The notes: generated from the letters alone by a model not told the origin. Counted from the whole stretch's first letter, positions 11,481-23,453 are shown. The stretch: DNA of 63,415 nucleotides, filler included, from Stramenopiles sp. TOSAG23-2 (GCA_900128395.1; 9 parts of 9 records of this genome joined end to end with filler, not necessarily neighbours in it), one strand, 5' to 3'. Made by a program: numbers and translations.

Positions 11481-14400
11481 ATGTGGCGTATTGTTGAAGT
11501 AGTAATGGCTGCGGAAGAACCAATACATGTCGAAGCATTGGATTATTTAATACAATGTAAAGCAAATGAACGTAAAGTAGCAGTTGCTAAATTATCATTA
11601 TTATTTCCAATACGCGATCGTAAATTACATGTCTTTCATAAAAGTGTGAAAGATTGGTTGGTGGATTTGGGGCGTAAAGAAGAGATATGTTATGTGAAAT
11701 ACAAAAAGGTGCATAAATTGTTGGGAAAACGATGTAAAGAGATTTTAGAAGAGGTAAATGGAATAGAGGATCAGGATGATGCAGAAGATATGTTGGAAGC
11801 ATCAGTATATTCATTGAAACATTGTGTAACACATTTATGTAAAGGTGGTATGGTGAAAGTTGCACGTGATTTAATGTTTCAATTTGAATATTTATTGGAA
11901 CGAGCAAAATTAGGACCGGAACATATGTTGGTGAAGGATTGTTTGCGAATTGTTAGTAGTGGTGGGGAGGGTATTAGGAAGGATCGTGCGTTTCATTTGT
12001 TGTATAGTGCTTTACGATTGTCACAGAGTGGATTGAGAACGAGTCCATTGCAAATTGCTGGCCAATTGTATGGTAGATTAATGGGTTATGGGAGGGGGAA
12101 AGTTGGAGGTACTGGTGGGGGAGATGGTGGTGATGGCCAAGGAGGTAGTAATGAAGGAAAGAAGACACATGTTAAAGATATTGATGAATTGTTGCAAAAA
12201 GTTAAAGCATGGAAAGGACCAAAAGGTGGTAAAGGATGGTGGTGTCCAAAACAACAAACATATGAACCAGCTGGTGGTAAATGTTTACATACACTTGTTG
12301 GGCATAAGGGTGGTGTGAATTGTAGTGCATTTAGTAAAGATGGTACAAAGATCGTATCTGGATCGCAAGATAATACAATACGTGTATGGAATGTTGATAC
12401 TGGTGAATGTATATTAACATTGAAAAGTCATACAGGTGAAGTCAACTCAGTTGTATTTAATCATGATGGTACAAAGATTGTATCTGGATCGGATGATAAT
12501 ACAATACGTGTATGGAATGTTGATACTGGTGAATGTATATTAACATTGAAAGGTCATACAAGTTATGTCACATCAGTTGGATTTAATCATGATGGTACAA
12601 AGATTGTATCTGGATCGTATGATCAAACAATACGTGTATGGAATGTTGATACTGTTGAATGTATATTAACATTGAAAAGTCATACAGGTGGTGTCACATC
12701 AGTTGGATTTAATCATGATGGTACAAAGATCGTATCTGGATCGAATGATAATACAATACGTGTATGGAATGTTGATACTGGTGAATGTATATTAACATTG
12801 AAAGGTCATACAGGTGAAGTCAACTCAGTTGTATTTAATCATGATGGTACAAAGATTGTATCTGGATCGAATGATAAAACAATACGTGTATGGAATGTTG
12901 ATACTGGTGAATGTATATTAACATTGAAAGGTCATACAAAGGATGTCACATCAGTTGGATTTAATCATGATGGTACAAAGATCGTATCTGGATCGTATGA
13001 TGAAACAATACGTGTATGGAATGTTGATACTGGTGAATGTATATTAACATTGAAAGGTCATACATGGGGGGTCAACTCAGTTGCATTTAGTAAAGATGGT
13101 ACAAAGATTGTATCTGGATCGAATGATAAAACAATACGTGTATGGAATGTTGATACTGGTGAATGTGTGTTGACATTGAAAGGTCATACAGGTAGTGTCA
13201 ACTCAGTTGGATTTAATCATGATGGTACAAAGATTGTATCTGGATCGTCTGATAATACAATACGTGTATGGAATGTTGATACTGGTGAATGTATATTAAC
13301 ATTGAAAGGTCATACAGATTATGTCAACTCAGTTGGATTTAATCATGATGGTACAAAGATTGTATCTGGATCGGATGATAATACAATACGTGTATGGAAT
13401 GTTGATACTGGTGAATGTATATTAACATTGAAAGGTCATACACGTGATGTCATATCAGTTGGATTTAATCATGATGGTACAAAGATTGTATCTGGATCGT
13501 GGGATAATACAATACGTGTATGGAATGTTGATACTGGTGAATGTATATTAACATTGAAAGGTCATACAAAGGATGTCACATCAGTTGGATTTAATCATGA
13601 TGGTACAAAGATTGTATCTGGATCGAAGGATGAAACAATACGTGTATGGAATGTTGATACTGGTGAATGTATATTAACATTGAAAGGTCATACAGGTGAT
13701 GTCTACTCAGTTGGATTTAATCATGATGGTACAAAGATTGTATCTGGATCGGATGATAGAACAATACGTGTATGGAATGTTGATACTGGTGAATGTATAT
13801 TAACATTGAAAGGTCATACAAGTGATGTCACATCAGTTGTATTTAATCATGATGGTACAAAGATTGTATCTGGATCGATGGATGAAACAATACGTGTATG
13901 GAATGTTGATACTGGTGAATGTATATTAACATTGAAAGGTCATACACGTCATGTCACATCAGTTGTATTTAATCATGATGGTACAAAGATTGTATCTGGA
14001 TCGATGGATGAAACAATACGTGTATGGAATGTTGATACTGGTGAATGTATATTAACATTGAAAGGTCATACAGGTGAAGTCAACTCAGTTGTATTTAATC
14101 ATGATGGTACAAAGATTGTATCTGGATCGAAGGATGAAACAATACGTGTATGGAATGTTGATACTGGTGAATGTATATTAACATTGAAAGGTCATACACA
14201 TCATGTCACATCAGTTTTATTTAATCATGATGGTACAAAGATTGTATCTGGATCGAAGGATGAAACAATACGTGTATGGAATGTTGATACTGGTGAATGT
14301 ATATTAACATTGAAAGGTCATACACATCATGTCAAATCTAGTCTGCGTCGTCAGCCTCTTTCGACTCTTTCGAAAGAAAGATTCTATGTCACATCAGTTG

Positions 14401-15092
14401 GATTTAATCATGATGGTACAAAGATTGTATCTGGATCGTCTGATAATACAATACGTGTATGGAATGTTGATACTGGTGAATGTATATTAACATTGAAAGG
14501 TCATACAGGTGAAGTCAACTCAGTTGTATTTAATCATGATGGTACAAAGATTGTATCTGGATCGAAGGATGAAACAATACGTGTATGGAATGTTGATACT
14601 GGTGAATGTATATTAACATTGAAAGGTCATACAGGTTGGGTCACATCAGTTGGATTTAATCATGATGGTACAAAGATTGTATCTGGATCGGGTGATAAAA
14701 CAATACGTGTATGGAATGTTGATACTGGTGAATGTATATTAACATTGAAAGGTCATACAAAGGATGTCACATCAGTTGGATTTAATCATGATGGTACAAA
14801 GATTGTATCTGGATCGAAGGATGAAACAATACGTGTATGGAATGTTGATACTGGTGAATGTATATTCACTGGCAATCAATTAGAAGATACATTACGAAAT
14901 GAATTTAATAGAACATTACAAGTAGCACCATTAAAAGAACATTTTAATTACGATACAAAATCGATCATTGGTATGTCAGGTGAAGGTCAAATTACCAATC
15001 CAGAAATGTATATTGGTAAAAAACGTGGAGAAAAATTAGTATGTGTAATAAGAGATGAACACCGTGTACATATAATGGAACATTGTTGTTGA
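11481..15092 (+). CDS. NLR-like STAND (NACHT/NWD-type) WD40-repeat protein, 5'-partial
   Basis: Winged-helix/helical region typical of NWD proteins (VFHKSVKDWL...YSLKHCVTHL...FEYLLER) then 20 WD40 repeats; NTPase domain inferred beyond the contig edge. Confidence 0.85.
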   Translation: MWRIVEVVMAAEEPIHVEALDYLIQCKANERKVAVAKLSLLFPIRDRKLHVFHKSVKDWLVDLGRKEEICYVKYKKVHKLLGKRCKEILEEVNGIEDQDDAEDMLEASVYSLKHCVTHLCKGGMVKVARDLMFQFEYLLERAKLGPEHMLVKDCLRIVSSGGEGIRKDRAFHLLYSALRLSQSGLRTSPLQIAGQLYGRLMGYGRGKVGGTGGGDGGDGQGGSNEGKKTHVKDIDELLQKVKAWKGPKGGKGWWCPKQQTYEPAGGKCLHTLVGHKGGVNCSAFSKDGTKIVSGSQDNTIRVWNVDTGECILTLKSHTGEVNSVVFNHDGTKIVSGSDDNTIRVWNVDTGECILTLKGHTSYVTSVGFNHDGTKIVSGSYDQTIRVWNVDTVECILTLKSHTGGVTSVGFNHDGTKIVSGSNDNTIRVWNVDTGECILTLKGHTGEVNSVVFNHDGTKIVSGSNDKTIRVWNVDTGECILTLKGHTKDVTSVGFNHDGTKIVSGSYDETIRVWNVDTGECILTLKGHTWGVNSVAFSKDGTKIVSGSNDKTIRVWNVDTGECVLTLKGHTGSVNSVGFNHDGTKIVSGSSDNTIRVWNVDTGECILTLKGHTDYVNSVGFNHDGTKIVSGSDDNTIRVWNVDTGECILTLKGHTRDVISVGFNHDGTKIVSGSWDNTIRVWNVDTGECILTLKGHTKDVTSVGFNHDGTKIVSGSKDETIRVWNVDTGECILTLKGHTGDVYSVGFNHDGTKIVSGSDDRTIRVWNVDTGECILTLKGHTSDVTSVVFNHDGTKIVSGSMDETIRVWNVDTGECILTLKGHTRHVTSVVFNHDGTKIVSGSMDETIRVWNVDTGECILTLKGHTGEVNSVVFNHDGTKIVSGSKDETIRVWNVDTGECILTLKGHTHHVTSVLFNHDGTKIVSGSKDETIRVWNVDTGECILTLKGHTHHVKSSLRRQPLSTLSKERFYVTSVGFNHDGTKIVSGSSDNTIRVWNVDTGECILTLKGHTGEVNSVVFNHDGTKIVSGSKDETIRVWNVDTGECILTLKGHTGWVTSVGFNHDGTKIVSGSGDKTIRVWNVDTGECILTLKGHTKDVTSVGFNHDGTKIVSGSKDETIRVWNVDTGECIFTGNQLEDTLRNEFNRTLQVAPLKEHFNYDTKSIIGMSGEGQITNPEMYIGKKRGEKLVCVIRDEHRVHIMEHCC
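12280..14870 (+). repeat. Coding tandem array of 20 x 126-bp WD40 units
   Basis: Near-identical nucleotide units; unit 17 carries a 57-bp insertion. Confidence 0.97.
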
Positions 15093-15099
15093 AAAACAA

Positions 15100-15375
15100 T
15101 TTTGTAAAATCTATCTCTACATCAGTAGCACATAAGAAATAGAACACAAATAAAATAGTTGGAGCGTATTACAATATTTGTTTTTACCGATTCTTAGCTT
15201 TTATAAAAAGAATGTTTTTTTTTTATTAATTGGTGGTTTTGTAAAATCTATCTCTACATCAGTAGCACATAAGAAATAGAACACAAATAAAATAGTTGGA
15301 GCGTATTACAATATTTGTTTTTACCGATTCTTAGCTTTTATAAAAAGAATGTTTTTTTTTTATTAATTGGTGGTG
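15100..15375. repeat. Two-copy 137-bp tandem duplication just after the WD40 gene stop
   Basis: Direct repeat ttttgtaaaatctatctc...ttaattggtggt. Confidence 0.9.
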
Positions 15376-16162
15376 CAATAGAATCGCTGGAATGTGGTTA
15401 AGAATGTTCGTATTGTATTGCGGCGTCTAATTTCTAAAAAAGAACTAAACTGTGTTCGTCTCTCCAATATTTTTTTACCAAGATCCTCGGTATATGATAT
15501 ATGATACTTTTTATAACCACATTTAAAATATTTAAAAATTGGGTAATATATCTGGTGTAATCTGGTGTAAATGTGAAATATGATACGTATCATAACCACA
15601 AAATGTACGAATACCGTGTGGTAATTAAAATATTTTTTTTTTATTTCGGGGTGTGTAAAAAATATTTTATTTTTTTCCTTATTTTGTTAAAATACACACA
15701 TCACTTTTTAAAATATCTCTCTCTATCTACGAATGTATCTCTCTCTAATCTAATCTCTCCGGTCTCTCCCCCCCTACATTCTTTTCTTCTTCTTCTTCTT
15801 CTTCTTCTTAGTACGATTATTTCCTCCTCCATAATTATCAACATTATGACGGCTTTTTCTTTTTTTATTACTCATCATCATCATCATCATCTTCTTCCTC
15901 CTCCTCTCCTCCTCCCCTCCTCCTCCTTTTTCTTCTTGTGATCTTGCAGTGTATTATAAATTTGATTTCTTGTCTTTTCGCCATATAATAATTTGACCTC
16001 ATTTAAATATTTGTTGTCCTCTATATTATTATTATCGTCCTCCAATACATTATTATGAAATAATTGTATAACATTTAATAATAAAATCCAAATACAATAT
16101 TCATTGTACATACTTGCATCTATTAATAAAATTTTTATTTTTTCAACCCATGAATTAAAGGT

Positions 16163-18553
16163 CTATGAATTAAAGGTCTTAATTTTTTTATTTTTACTTG
16201 CAACTTCAAATTTAAATTTGTCATCTCCACGATGATTAAGATTGTTATTGATGTCCATTCCACCTATCAATGTTGGAATCTTATCATTTTTTATCCTTCT
16301 TTGTTCATGATTTATATTTGCAAGTTTAGATTCAAATTTGCCATCTCCACGATGGTTAAGACTATTATTGATGTCCTCCATTCCACCCTTTAAACGCAAT
16401 ACTACTTGCAGCGTTGATTCTTTTTTAATATGACAGTTACCAACTGTATTTGCGTCGTTTAAATCTTTTCCGCCAAATATTAACCGTTGCGCACTTGGTG
16501 GTATGCCAGTTTTATCTTGAATCAAATGTTTCAAGTCAAAGATTGTATTGCATGCAATAATGCTGTCCAACACAATGATTTCGCCATTTAATGTTTTAAC
16601 AAAAATTTGAAATGCATTGTTATGACTCCTATTTTCACAATACCCAACATCGTATTTATGGCTCTTTTGGAGTTTTTTATTGCCTTGCTTTTGAAAACTC
16701 ATATCTAATCGTAACACTAACGTTGATCTGTTTTGAATATTATACGTTGAGGTTGGTTTATCATCCTGTAACATTCTACCAGAAAACTTTAAACCGTGTT
16801 GTTGTTTCAACGGAATATCTGCTATGTCTTCAATCATCTTCTTGACTTCTTTAATTGTGGTAAAGTGTGTAACATTTCCTAATGTAATCCTTTTATTACT
16901 AGGTATTATCATTACAACAATCGAAAATGTAAATGTATTATTGCATAAACCCAACAATACATTGACTTTATGTATCGTTGCATTTATCCTTCCATTAACT
17001 TCACTTTTGTCTTTAGAAAGCTGTGATTTTTCATCATTGGATGGTGCATGTTCTAAATTATATAAATTGATAATTTCTTTTCTATAATCCTTTAATTTAT
17101 ATTTTCGCTCTAACAGTTTCTCTTTTATGTTGTCTGGGGGTGTAATAGTGATATGGTAATTTGCTTCTTTTGAAAAAACACGACCTATAAACATCTTAGG
17201 TGCTCTTACACCAACTCGTCGTACTGTAATTGCAAATGAAGAATTATGGTTTGATTTACTGCGCGTATATTCATGATACAATGGTTTTACCCCATTTAAC
17301 ATTTCTCTATCATAATCACGCCGTTCATAAATAACAAAACATACGGCAACGATATGTGAATTTCCATTGGGAAATCTGAATTCTTTTCTCTCTAATGCTT
17401 CTTCATAAATTAAATGATAGTTTTTTGGCAACGTCTCATTTTTAGATTTTCGTTGCCCATATTTTTGCGGCACAATAAATGCTATAACATCAGCATTTAA
17501 TTTTACCGTTTGACTAAAAAACGCTTCAATTAGTTTAAATGGTGGGTTTCCAATGAAAATAATACGTTTCCTTTCTTCCTTATTCATATTTTGAAAATGT
17601 TTATATTTTGAAAGGTCCCATTTTAAAAAATCTTGTTTTTCAATGTATGGTAATTTTGGATCAATGTCCATTGGTATGACATTGGCTTGATTAATACTTT
17701 TACATTGAAGCATACGATCAGAAAATGATCCATTTCCTGCACTTGGTTCAATAACAATATCCGTACTTTGAAATCCATTTATTACTGTTTCTATAATATT
17801 AAAATACGATATTGCATCTTTTTCATCTGTGTAATATTGATCTTTTTCTTTGTAGCTTTTCATTTTCAACATATCGTCTTTTGAAATACTAGACTTGTTC
17901 GCTACCGTTTCTCTGCGTTTTTTTTTGCGTTTTTTTGCACCACCCTTCAGTCTTAACATTACTTCGAGTTCTACACCTGGTTTAAGCTTACATTCAAAGA
18001 TCGTTTTTACATTATTTAATTCTTTCCCATTGTATTTTAAACGTTGGTCAGTCGATGAAATACCTATTTTATTTTCAACTTTTTGCTTTAATTCAAAAAT
18101 TAAATCGATATATGTTACCATTAAAGTAAGCTGCTTGCCACATAATGTTTTCAACGAAATTTGAAAGTTTTCTTGAAAATAATCATTGGCATAATAATCA
18201 ATAAAATCAAAATAATATGCACTTCCACAATTTAATTCACCCGCACCACTGTCATTCATAGTATGCATTTGTCCATGGCAAATATCACCTGGATATGAAA
18301 TGGATGTAGGGTTTGCTGTTGTTTTACGATCAACCATAACAAGAAGTGGTTCTTTGACTTTGTTTCCTACGTCACCCATTGTTGACATTGTTTGTTTTGC
18401 TCTTGTTTCTTCTTCTTTTTTTTTTGCTTTTCTAATAGCGTCTTCAACCATTTTATCATCCTCTCTGTCCCACTTTAGAAAATGTTGACTCCCATTTTGA
18501 CGTTTTGGCGGTTGCTTACTTGTTTCTTTTTTTCTGCCACTGTTATTCTTCAA
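16163..18553 (-). CDS. Fusion of three ubiquitin-like domains with a phage/NCLDV-type N6-adenine DNA methyltransferase
   Basis: Ubl1 aa130-205 ending LRLKGG; MTase motifs [39 protein letters not shown]; Ubl2 without GG; Ubl3 ending LRLKGG. Start uncertain (first in-frame ATG at 18451; frame open ~60 codons upstream of 18553). Confidence 0.85.
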   Translation of the reverse strand: MKNNSGRKKETSKQPPKRQNGSQHFLKWDREDDKMVEDAIRKAKKKEEETRAKQTMSTMGDVGNKVKEPLLVMVDRKTTANPTSISYPGDICHGQMHTMNDSGAGELNCGSAYYFDFIDYYANDYFQENFQISLKTLCGKQLTLMVTYIDLIFELKQKVENKIGISSTDQRLKYNGKELNNVKTIFECKLKPGVELEVMLRLKGGAKKRKKKRRETVANKSSISKDDMLKMKSYKEKDQYYTDEKDAISYFNIIETVINGFQSTDIVIEPSAGNGSFSDRMLQCKSINQANVIPMDIDPKLPYIEKQDFLKWDLSKYKHFQNMNKEERKRIIFIGNPPFKLIEAFFSQTVKLNADVIAFIVPQKYGQRKSKNETLPKNYHLIYEEALERKEFRFPNGNSHIVAVCFVIYERRDYDREMLNGVKPLYHEYTRSKSNHNSSFAITVRRVGVRAPKMFIGRVFSKEANYHITITPPDNIKEKLLERKYKLKDYRKEIINLYNLEHAPSNDEKSQLSKDKSEVNGRINATIHKVNVLLGLCNNTFTFSIVVMIIPSNKRITLGNVTHFTTIKEVKKMIEDIADIPLKQQHGLKFSGRMLQDDKPTSTYNIQNRSTLVLRLDMSFQKQGNKKLQKSHKYDVGYCENRSHNNAFQIFVKTLNGEIIVLDSIIACNTIFDLKHLIQDKTGIPPSAQRLIFGGKDLNDANTVGNCHIKKESTLQVVLRLKGGMEDINNSLNHRGDGKFESKLANINHEQRRIKNDKIPTLIGGMDINNNLNHRGDDKFKFEVASKNKKIKTFNS

Positions 18554-20528
18554 TGCAATTGTAACAGTATTGTTGCAATGGATGTATCTAAATCCACCGT
18601 TGGGTGTCTGTATTAAGCAGCATTTAGCAATAGCTTGAAACGAAACCGAATTCGCTTGCGGTGCACAACCATTTTTAACTACAAAACTGTATGTGTTTTT
18701 TGGTGATAAATCTAAGTCATCATTATTATTGTATTATTAATGGTGTTAGTTGAATGTTTTGTTGTTTATATATATATATATATATATCGATGTATGAATT
18801 AGGAACATTTTCAATCGATGTAATATCGAATCATTTTGTCGTTGGTTCTATACGTATGTAGCGTCTGCGCGGACATCTATATCTACATCTATGATATATT
18901 TCTCTATTTTTATACAAATTTTAAATTTTTCAATTTTCATTTTTTTTTTCTAAATTTTTTTTCTATTTTACATTCTATACATTATTCTTTTGATATTTTG
19001 AGCTTATTATAATAAATAGGCTTGTAAGGGACCTTTTCAATCGATGTAACATTAAATCATTTTGATCTCATCGATGCGCGCACCTATACATCTATCATCT
19101 ATATATCTACATTTCTATGAATTTTTATTCAATTTTTAATTTTTTTTGTGTTGGATGATATTTCGTTAAGTATACTAAATAATTGTACTAAAATCATATA
19201 TATGCCTATATAAATACTATTTATTTCTCGTTTTTTGCTCCAAAATGTTGTTATCAGAGACGCATAGAATTGTGTTGGTGATTTGTGTTGTTTTTCTAAT
19301 CGTAAAACTATAAATCATATTTACTTCTTCCATGTGTTAAGAGGCAGAATAATTAATGTATACATACGTAGAACCATAAAATCAGTATACACGATAGATG
19401 AATCGACATTGACGGTAATATTGGTATTTTATTTTCATAAAGTATACATAGAAACTTTCGATGTATGTGTGAATTATCGCAAAGGTGTAAATGTGATAGA
19501 TATATAAGCCTATTTATATGTTATTTTGGTTACTTACCAAATGCTTCTTTTGATTTTGTTGCATTAATATTAAGTTTATTCATATTTTAATAAATATATG
19601 TATATAATTGAATAATAAGTTTGTTTATTTATTGATAAAGGTATCGTCGTTGTTTGAAATAGTAAATCTTTTTTGTTATTTTGTATTTGTTTGTATATAC
19701 TTCTGTTTGTTTAGCTATATATCTTTTGTATTCTATTGTATTTATCTATGTCGATATATAATTTTTAAAAATATATAGTGTTATTCCATGTTATTTATTT
19801 GTAATTTTGTATGTTGATGTATTGAAATAGTGAAAAAGGTTGAAAATATTAAGAGGTATTTAGTACTGTGTACCTGTTAAATTTGTTAAAAGGACTAAAA
19901 AAATGTCTCAATGAAATGATACAAGGCGTACATTTTAAAGGAAATCAGTTCTATTTCCATGCTATTTCTACAAAACACCTTAATCACCTCAATGAAAAAG
20001 AACAAAAACAAAAAGTAAGGAATTGCTATGCTATCCCCATACTATTCCAGTTAATGGACAATATTTCCCATTGAAATTTATGTGTACAGTAAATTGGATA
20101 AATAGAAATAGCAGAAAATGGATGATAGAATATTAATAGGTGCATAAAATGGATAATAGAAATATAATAGAAACTTCTTCGGAAACAATAGCGAATACAA
20201 ACAACAGGGTTTGAAAAAGTCCAAAACGTAAGATCATAATCTAAGTGCAATTTTAAGTATAATTTTCCCGTCTTTGATAGCTCTTACATTTTCGTTTTCT
20301 TGAGTTTGATGAAGATAGCAATAAGGAAGGTAATAGTATACAAAAAAGCCTAATTTAGTACAAAGTCTTCCTGTCTGAAAAAGAAAACGTAAGAACAAAA
20401 TAAAATAAAATCACCGCAAAAAGTACAGTATTACCATAAGGACAAGCGTAATTAGAGTTAGCTATTCTCGCATCGTAAGATATAGAAATCATTATACTAT
20501 TTTGCCTTTATTTAGTATAGTTTACTAC

Positions 20529-21108
20529 TCCATGTCCTAGTTGTATCATTGAAATTATTGTGAAAAAAATGGACAAATTGATAGATCGCGTTTACGTTTT
20601 TGTTGCTCCTCGTGACTCGTGACTCTACAGTAACTCGATTCTCTCGATGACAACACAACAACCAACAATCTAAATCTAGAATAAAGAAAAATGATGTGCT
20701 GCTGATGCTGATGATCTCTTCCATGTCCTAGTTGTATCATTGAAATTATTGTGAAAAAAATGGACAAATTGATAGATCGCGTTTACGTTTTTGTTGCTCC
20801 TCGTGACTCGTGACTCTACAGTAACTCGATTCTCTCGATGACAACACAACAACCAACAATCTAAATCTAGAATAAAGAAAAATGATGTGCTGCTGATGCT
20901 GATGATCTCTGCATGAGCCTCAGCTTACATTGTGAAAAAAATGGACAAATTGATAGATCGCGTTTACGTTTTTGTTGCTCCTCGTGACTCGTGACTCTAC
21001 AGTAACTCGATTCTCTCGATGACAACACAACAACCAACAATCTAAATCTAGAATATAGAAAAATGATGTGCTGCTGATGCTGATGATCTCTGCATGAGCC
21101 TCAGCTTA
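20529..21108. repeat. Three-copy tandem repeat, 181-191-bp unit
   Basis: attgtgaaaaaaatggacaaattgatagatcgcg... at 20557, 20748 and 20929. Confidence 0.92.
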
Positions 21109-21362
21109 CTGGCTTACCTTCATACACTCCATACATACCATAATAATATGTAATTCGAAGACAAAAAATACACATTTTCTTTGATATTTTTAACACATAG
21201 CGTAATAATAATCTAAATAAAGATATTATAATATATATATCACGTCCATTCATAAGATCATACATACTTTTTCATTATTACTATCTTATTTCATTTGTAA
21301 AATGAGATACAAACGTAGCGCAGAGAAGAATAGCCTACAACATAAATAATATTTAAATAATC

Positions 21363-22814
21363 ATGTTTGATGGTGATGACAACAATAATAATCTATTCGA
21401 TCATCATGGTTATGACAATCAAACCCAAAAACAGGAACCGGAGGAGTATATATTAAAGATACAAATTACAAAGATTACTCGTGCACAACTATGCTCACTG
21501 TCTCGTGATGAAAGTAATGGTAACGGAGGGAATGAGTTTGCTTTACGTGGAAATCTAGGAAGAGGTGATTATCAGATGCATGGTATATTGAGTGACTTGA
21601 ATAATAATATGCAACATGGAACAATATATTGCATTACAAATAATAAACCGCCGTACCCCCTTTCCTTACATATTGACACCTTATTACCATTTTGTACTCG
21701 TAACGATCACAAAAATGGCAAAAAGAGAAACACAAAAAGGTTTTATTTTCAGAGTCAATTCGAAGAGGATAAACCTATAAGCTTCCAGATATACGATTTT
21801 AATGACATACCCTTATCAAATCATAAATTTCAAACCTTAATTGTATATAAAGCTGAACGCTTTCAAGAATTAGGTACTAATTTAACAATCAACAACAACG
21901 GTATAGTTTCATTCCCAAATGCAAATTTAAACATAAGTAGTAGCAACATATCACAGAAATTTGATACAATACATGTAAATAATGCATATATTGCCCAAGC
22001 TATTGTTGATCAATTACAAGTATTATCTGATTCTGAATTGAAAATAATACAGACAGATACTCCATTTCCAGATGACGTTTTAGAGCAAGTATTCGGCTTA
22101 AACTTGCATATTTACAAATGGATTAGTAATGGTAATTTGGATGCTGGTTATATAGCAGAAGATTTATTGGAAATAGGTACAAACTTACAGATTCCATTAA
22201 TACACTATGAAAATCCAAGCATAAAAGTAACTCGTGAAAATATGAACGATCGTGTAATCAAAGATGAAAGTGGAATTCCGATTTTAGATAAAGATGGACA
22301 AAAACGGATTAAAAAAGGAAGACGTTTAGTTGTTAATTCCAATGCCATACGTGCATTATTAATTCGAAGTATTCAAAACCTATTCAGTAATCAAAAAGAG
22401 TTGTCCACAAAAATGAATGAACATTTGGAAGGATTAAAAATATTTTATTATGATATTTATGAAAAACATATCAAATTAGAGCAAAATATTGATGGCTTAA
22501 ATTGTCGAGTTGATGAACTAGAGCAACAACAACAAAATCAACAGAATAAGGGAGAATTAACAATAAAAAAAACGGTAGAAACGAGGTCGGGGAAACAGAT
22601 AGTCGAGTATTCAGGTGATGCAAAAAAAGTATTGCTTGCAAGGCAAGAAAGCTTCGATCGTAATAACAATAACAATAATAACAGCAACAACATTACAATA
22701 AATACCATGGGTGTCAGCGCATCATCTAAGAAAGAAAATAAGAAGAAAGAAAACAATACATTTATTATAGTAACAATTGTGATTAATAATGAAGCAATTG
22801 TTGCAATAGATTTA
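21363..22814 (+). CDS. Protein with peptidase S74 / intramolecular-chaperone autocleavage domain and coiled coil (MYRF-like or tail-fibre-like), 3'-partial
   Basis: LSDSELK (Ser-x4-Lys), LHIYKW, AGYIAEDL, LVVNSNAIRALLIRSIQNL, RVDELEQ follow the ICA consensus order. Confidence 0.7.
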
Positions 22815-23453
22815 NNNNNNNNNNNNNNNNNNNNNNNNNNNNNNNNNNNNNNNNNNNNTTAATTAATTAANNNNNNNNNNNNNNNNNNNNNNNNNNNNNN
22901 NNNNNNNNNNNNNNGTGCTATGATAGTGCTAATATCGGATATTTATATTGCCACATATCCATTAGTTTTGTAATTTCGGTCAACTGTCAATAGCTTTTTG
23001 CTCAAAATATGGTATATCAGTGCTGTGTAATGCTAATAGCTATTGCCAGTAATTTATCTGGGACTTTTCCATGCTTGGATCTTAATCTTCTGCTTAGCTG
23101 CTGAGCTGCTGAGCTGCAAAATTAAAATGTGATCACTGGAGATGATGCATGTAATAAATACTACAGGTATTATTCACTACTACTATTATTATTATTATCA
23201 ATTTGAATAAATTATTATAAAATATATCAATCAATATAGAATATATAATATTCTGAACAATGCGGAGAGAGAGAGATTAAATACATATACATATATATAT
23301 ATAAGAAAGATATATAGATATATATAGATATATATTATATTTGTGTTTCACTGTATATATATATATATATTGTAATTTATATAATATTAGTAGTTTTTGT
23401 GCTATAAATATACATAGCAACATTTATCCACCACTCCTTCTTCATTTTTAAAG

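Noticed and set aside
12280..14870. CRISPR-like or DGR-like repeat/variable pattern
   Set aside because: Repeats are in-frame WD40 coding units; no spacers, cas genes or reverse transcriptase, and variation is not adenine-specific
15084..15110. CC-TGA end of the WD40 gene as possible selenocysteine
   Set aside because: No SECIS seen downstream and no redox-fold context
20529..21108. Possible CRISPR array
   Set aside because: Units are ~180-190 bp near-identical tandem copies without unique spacers
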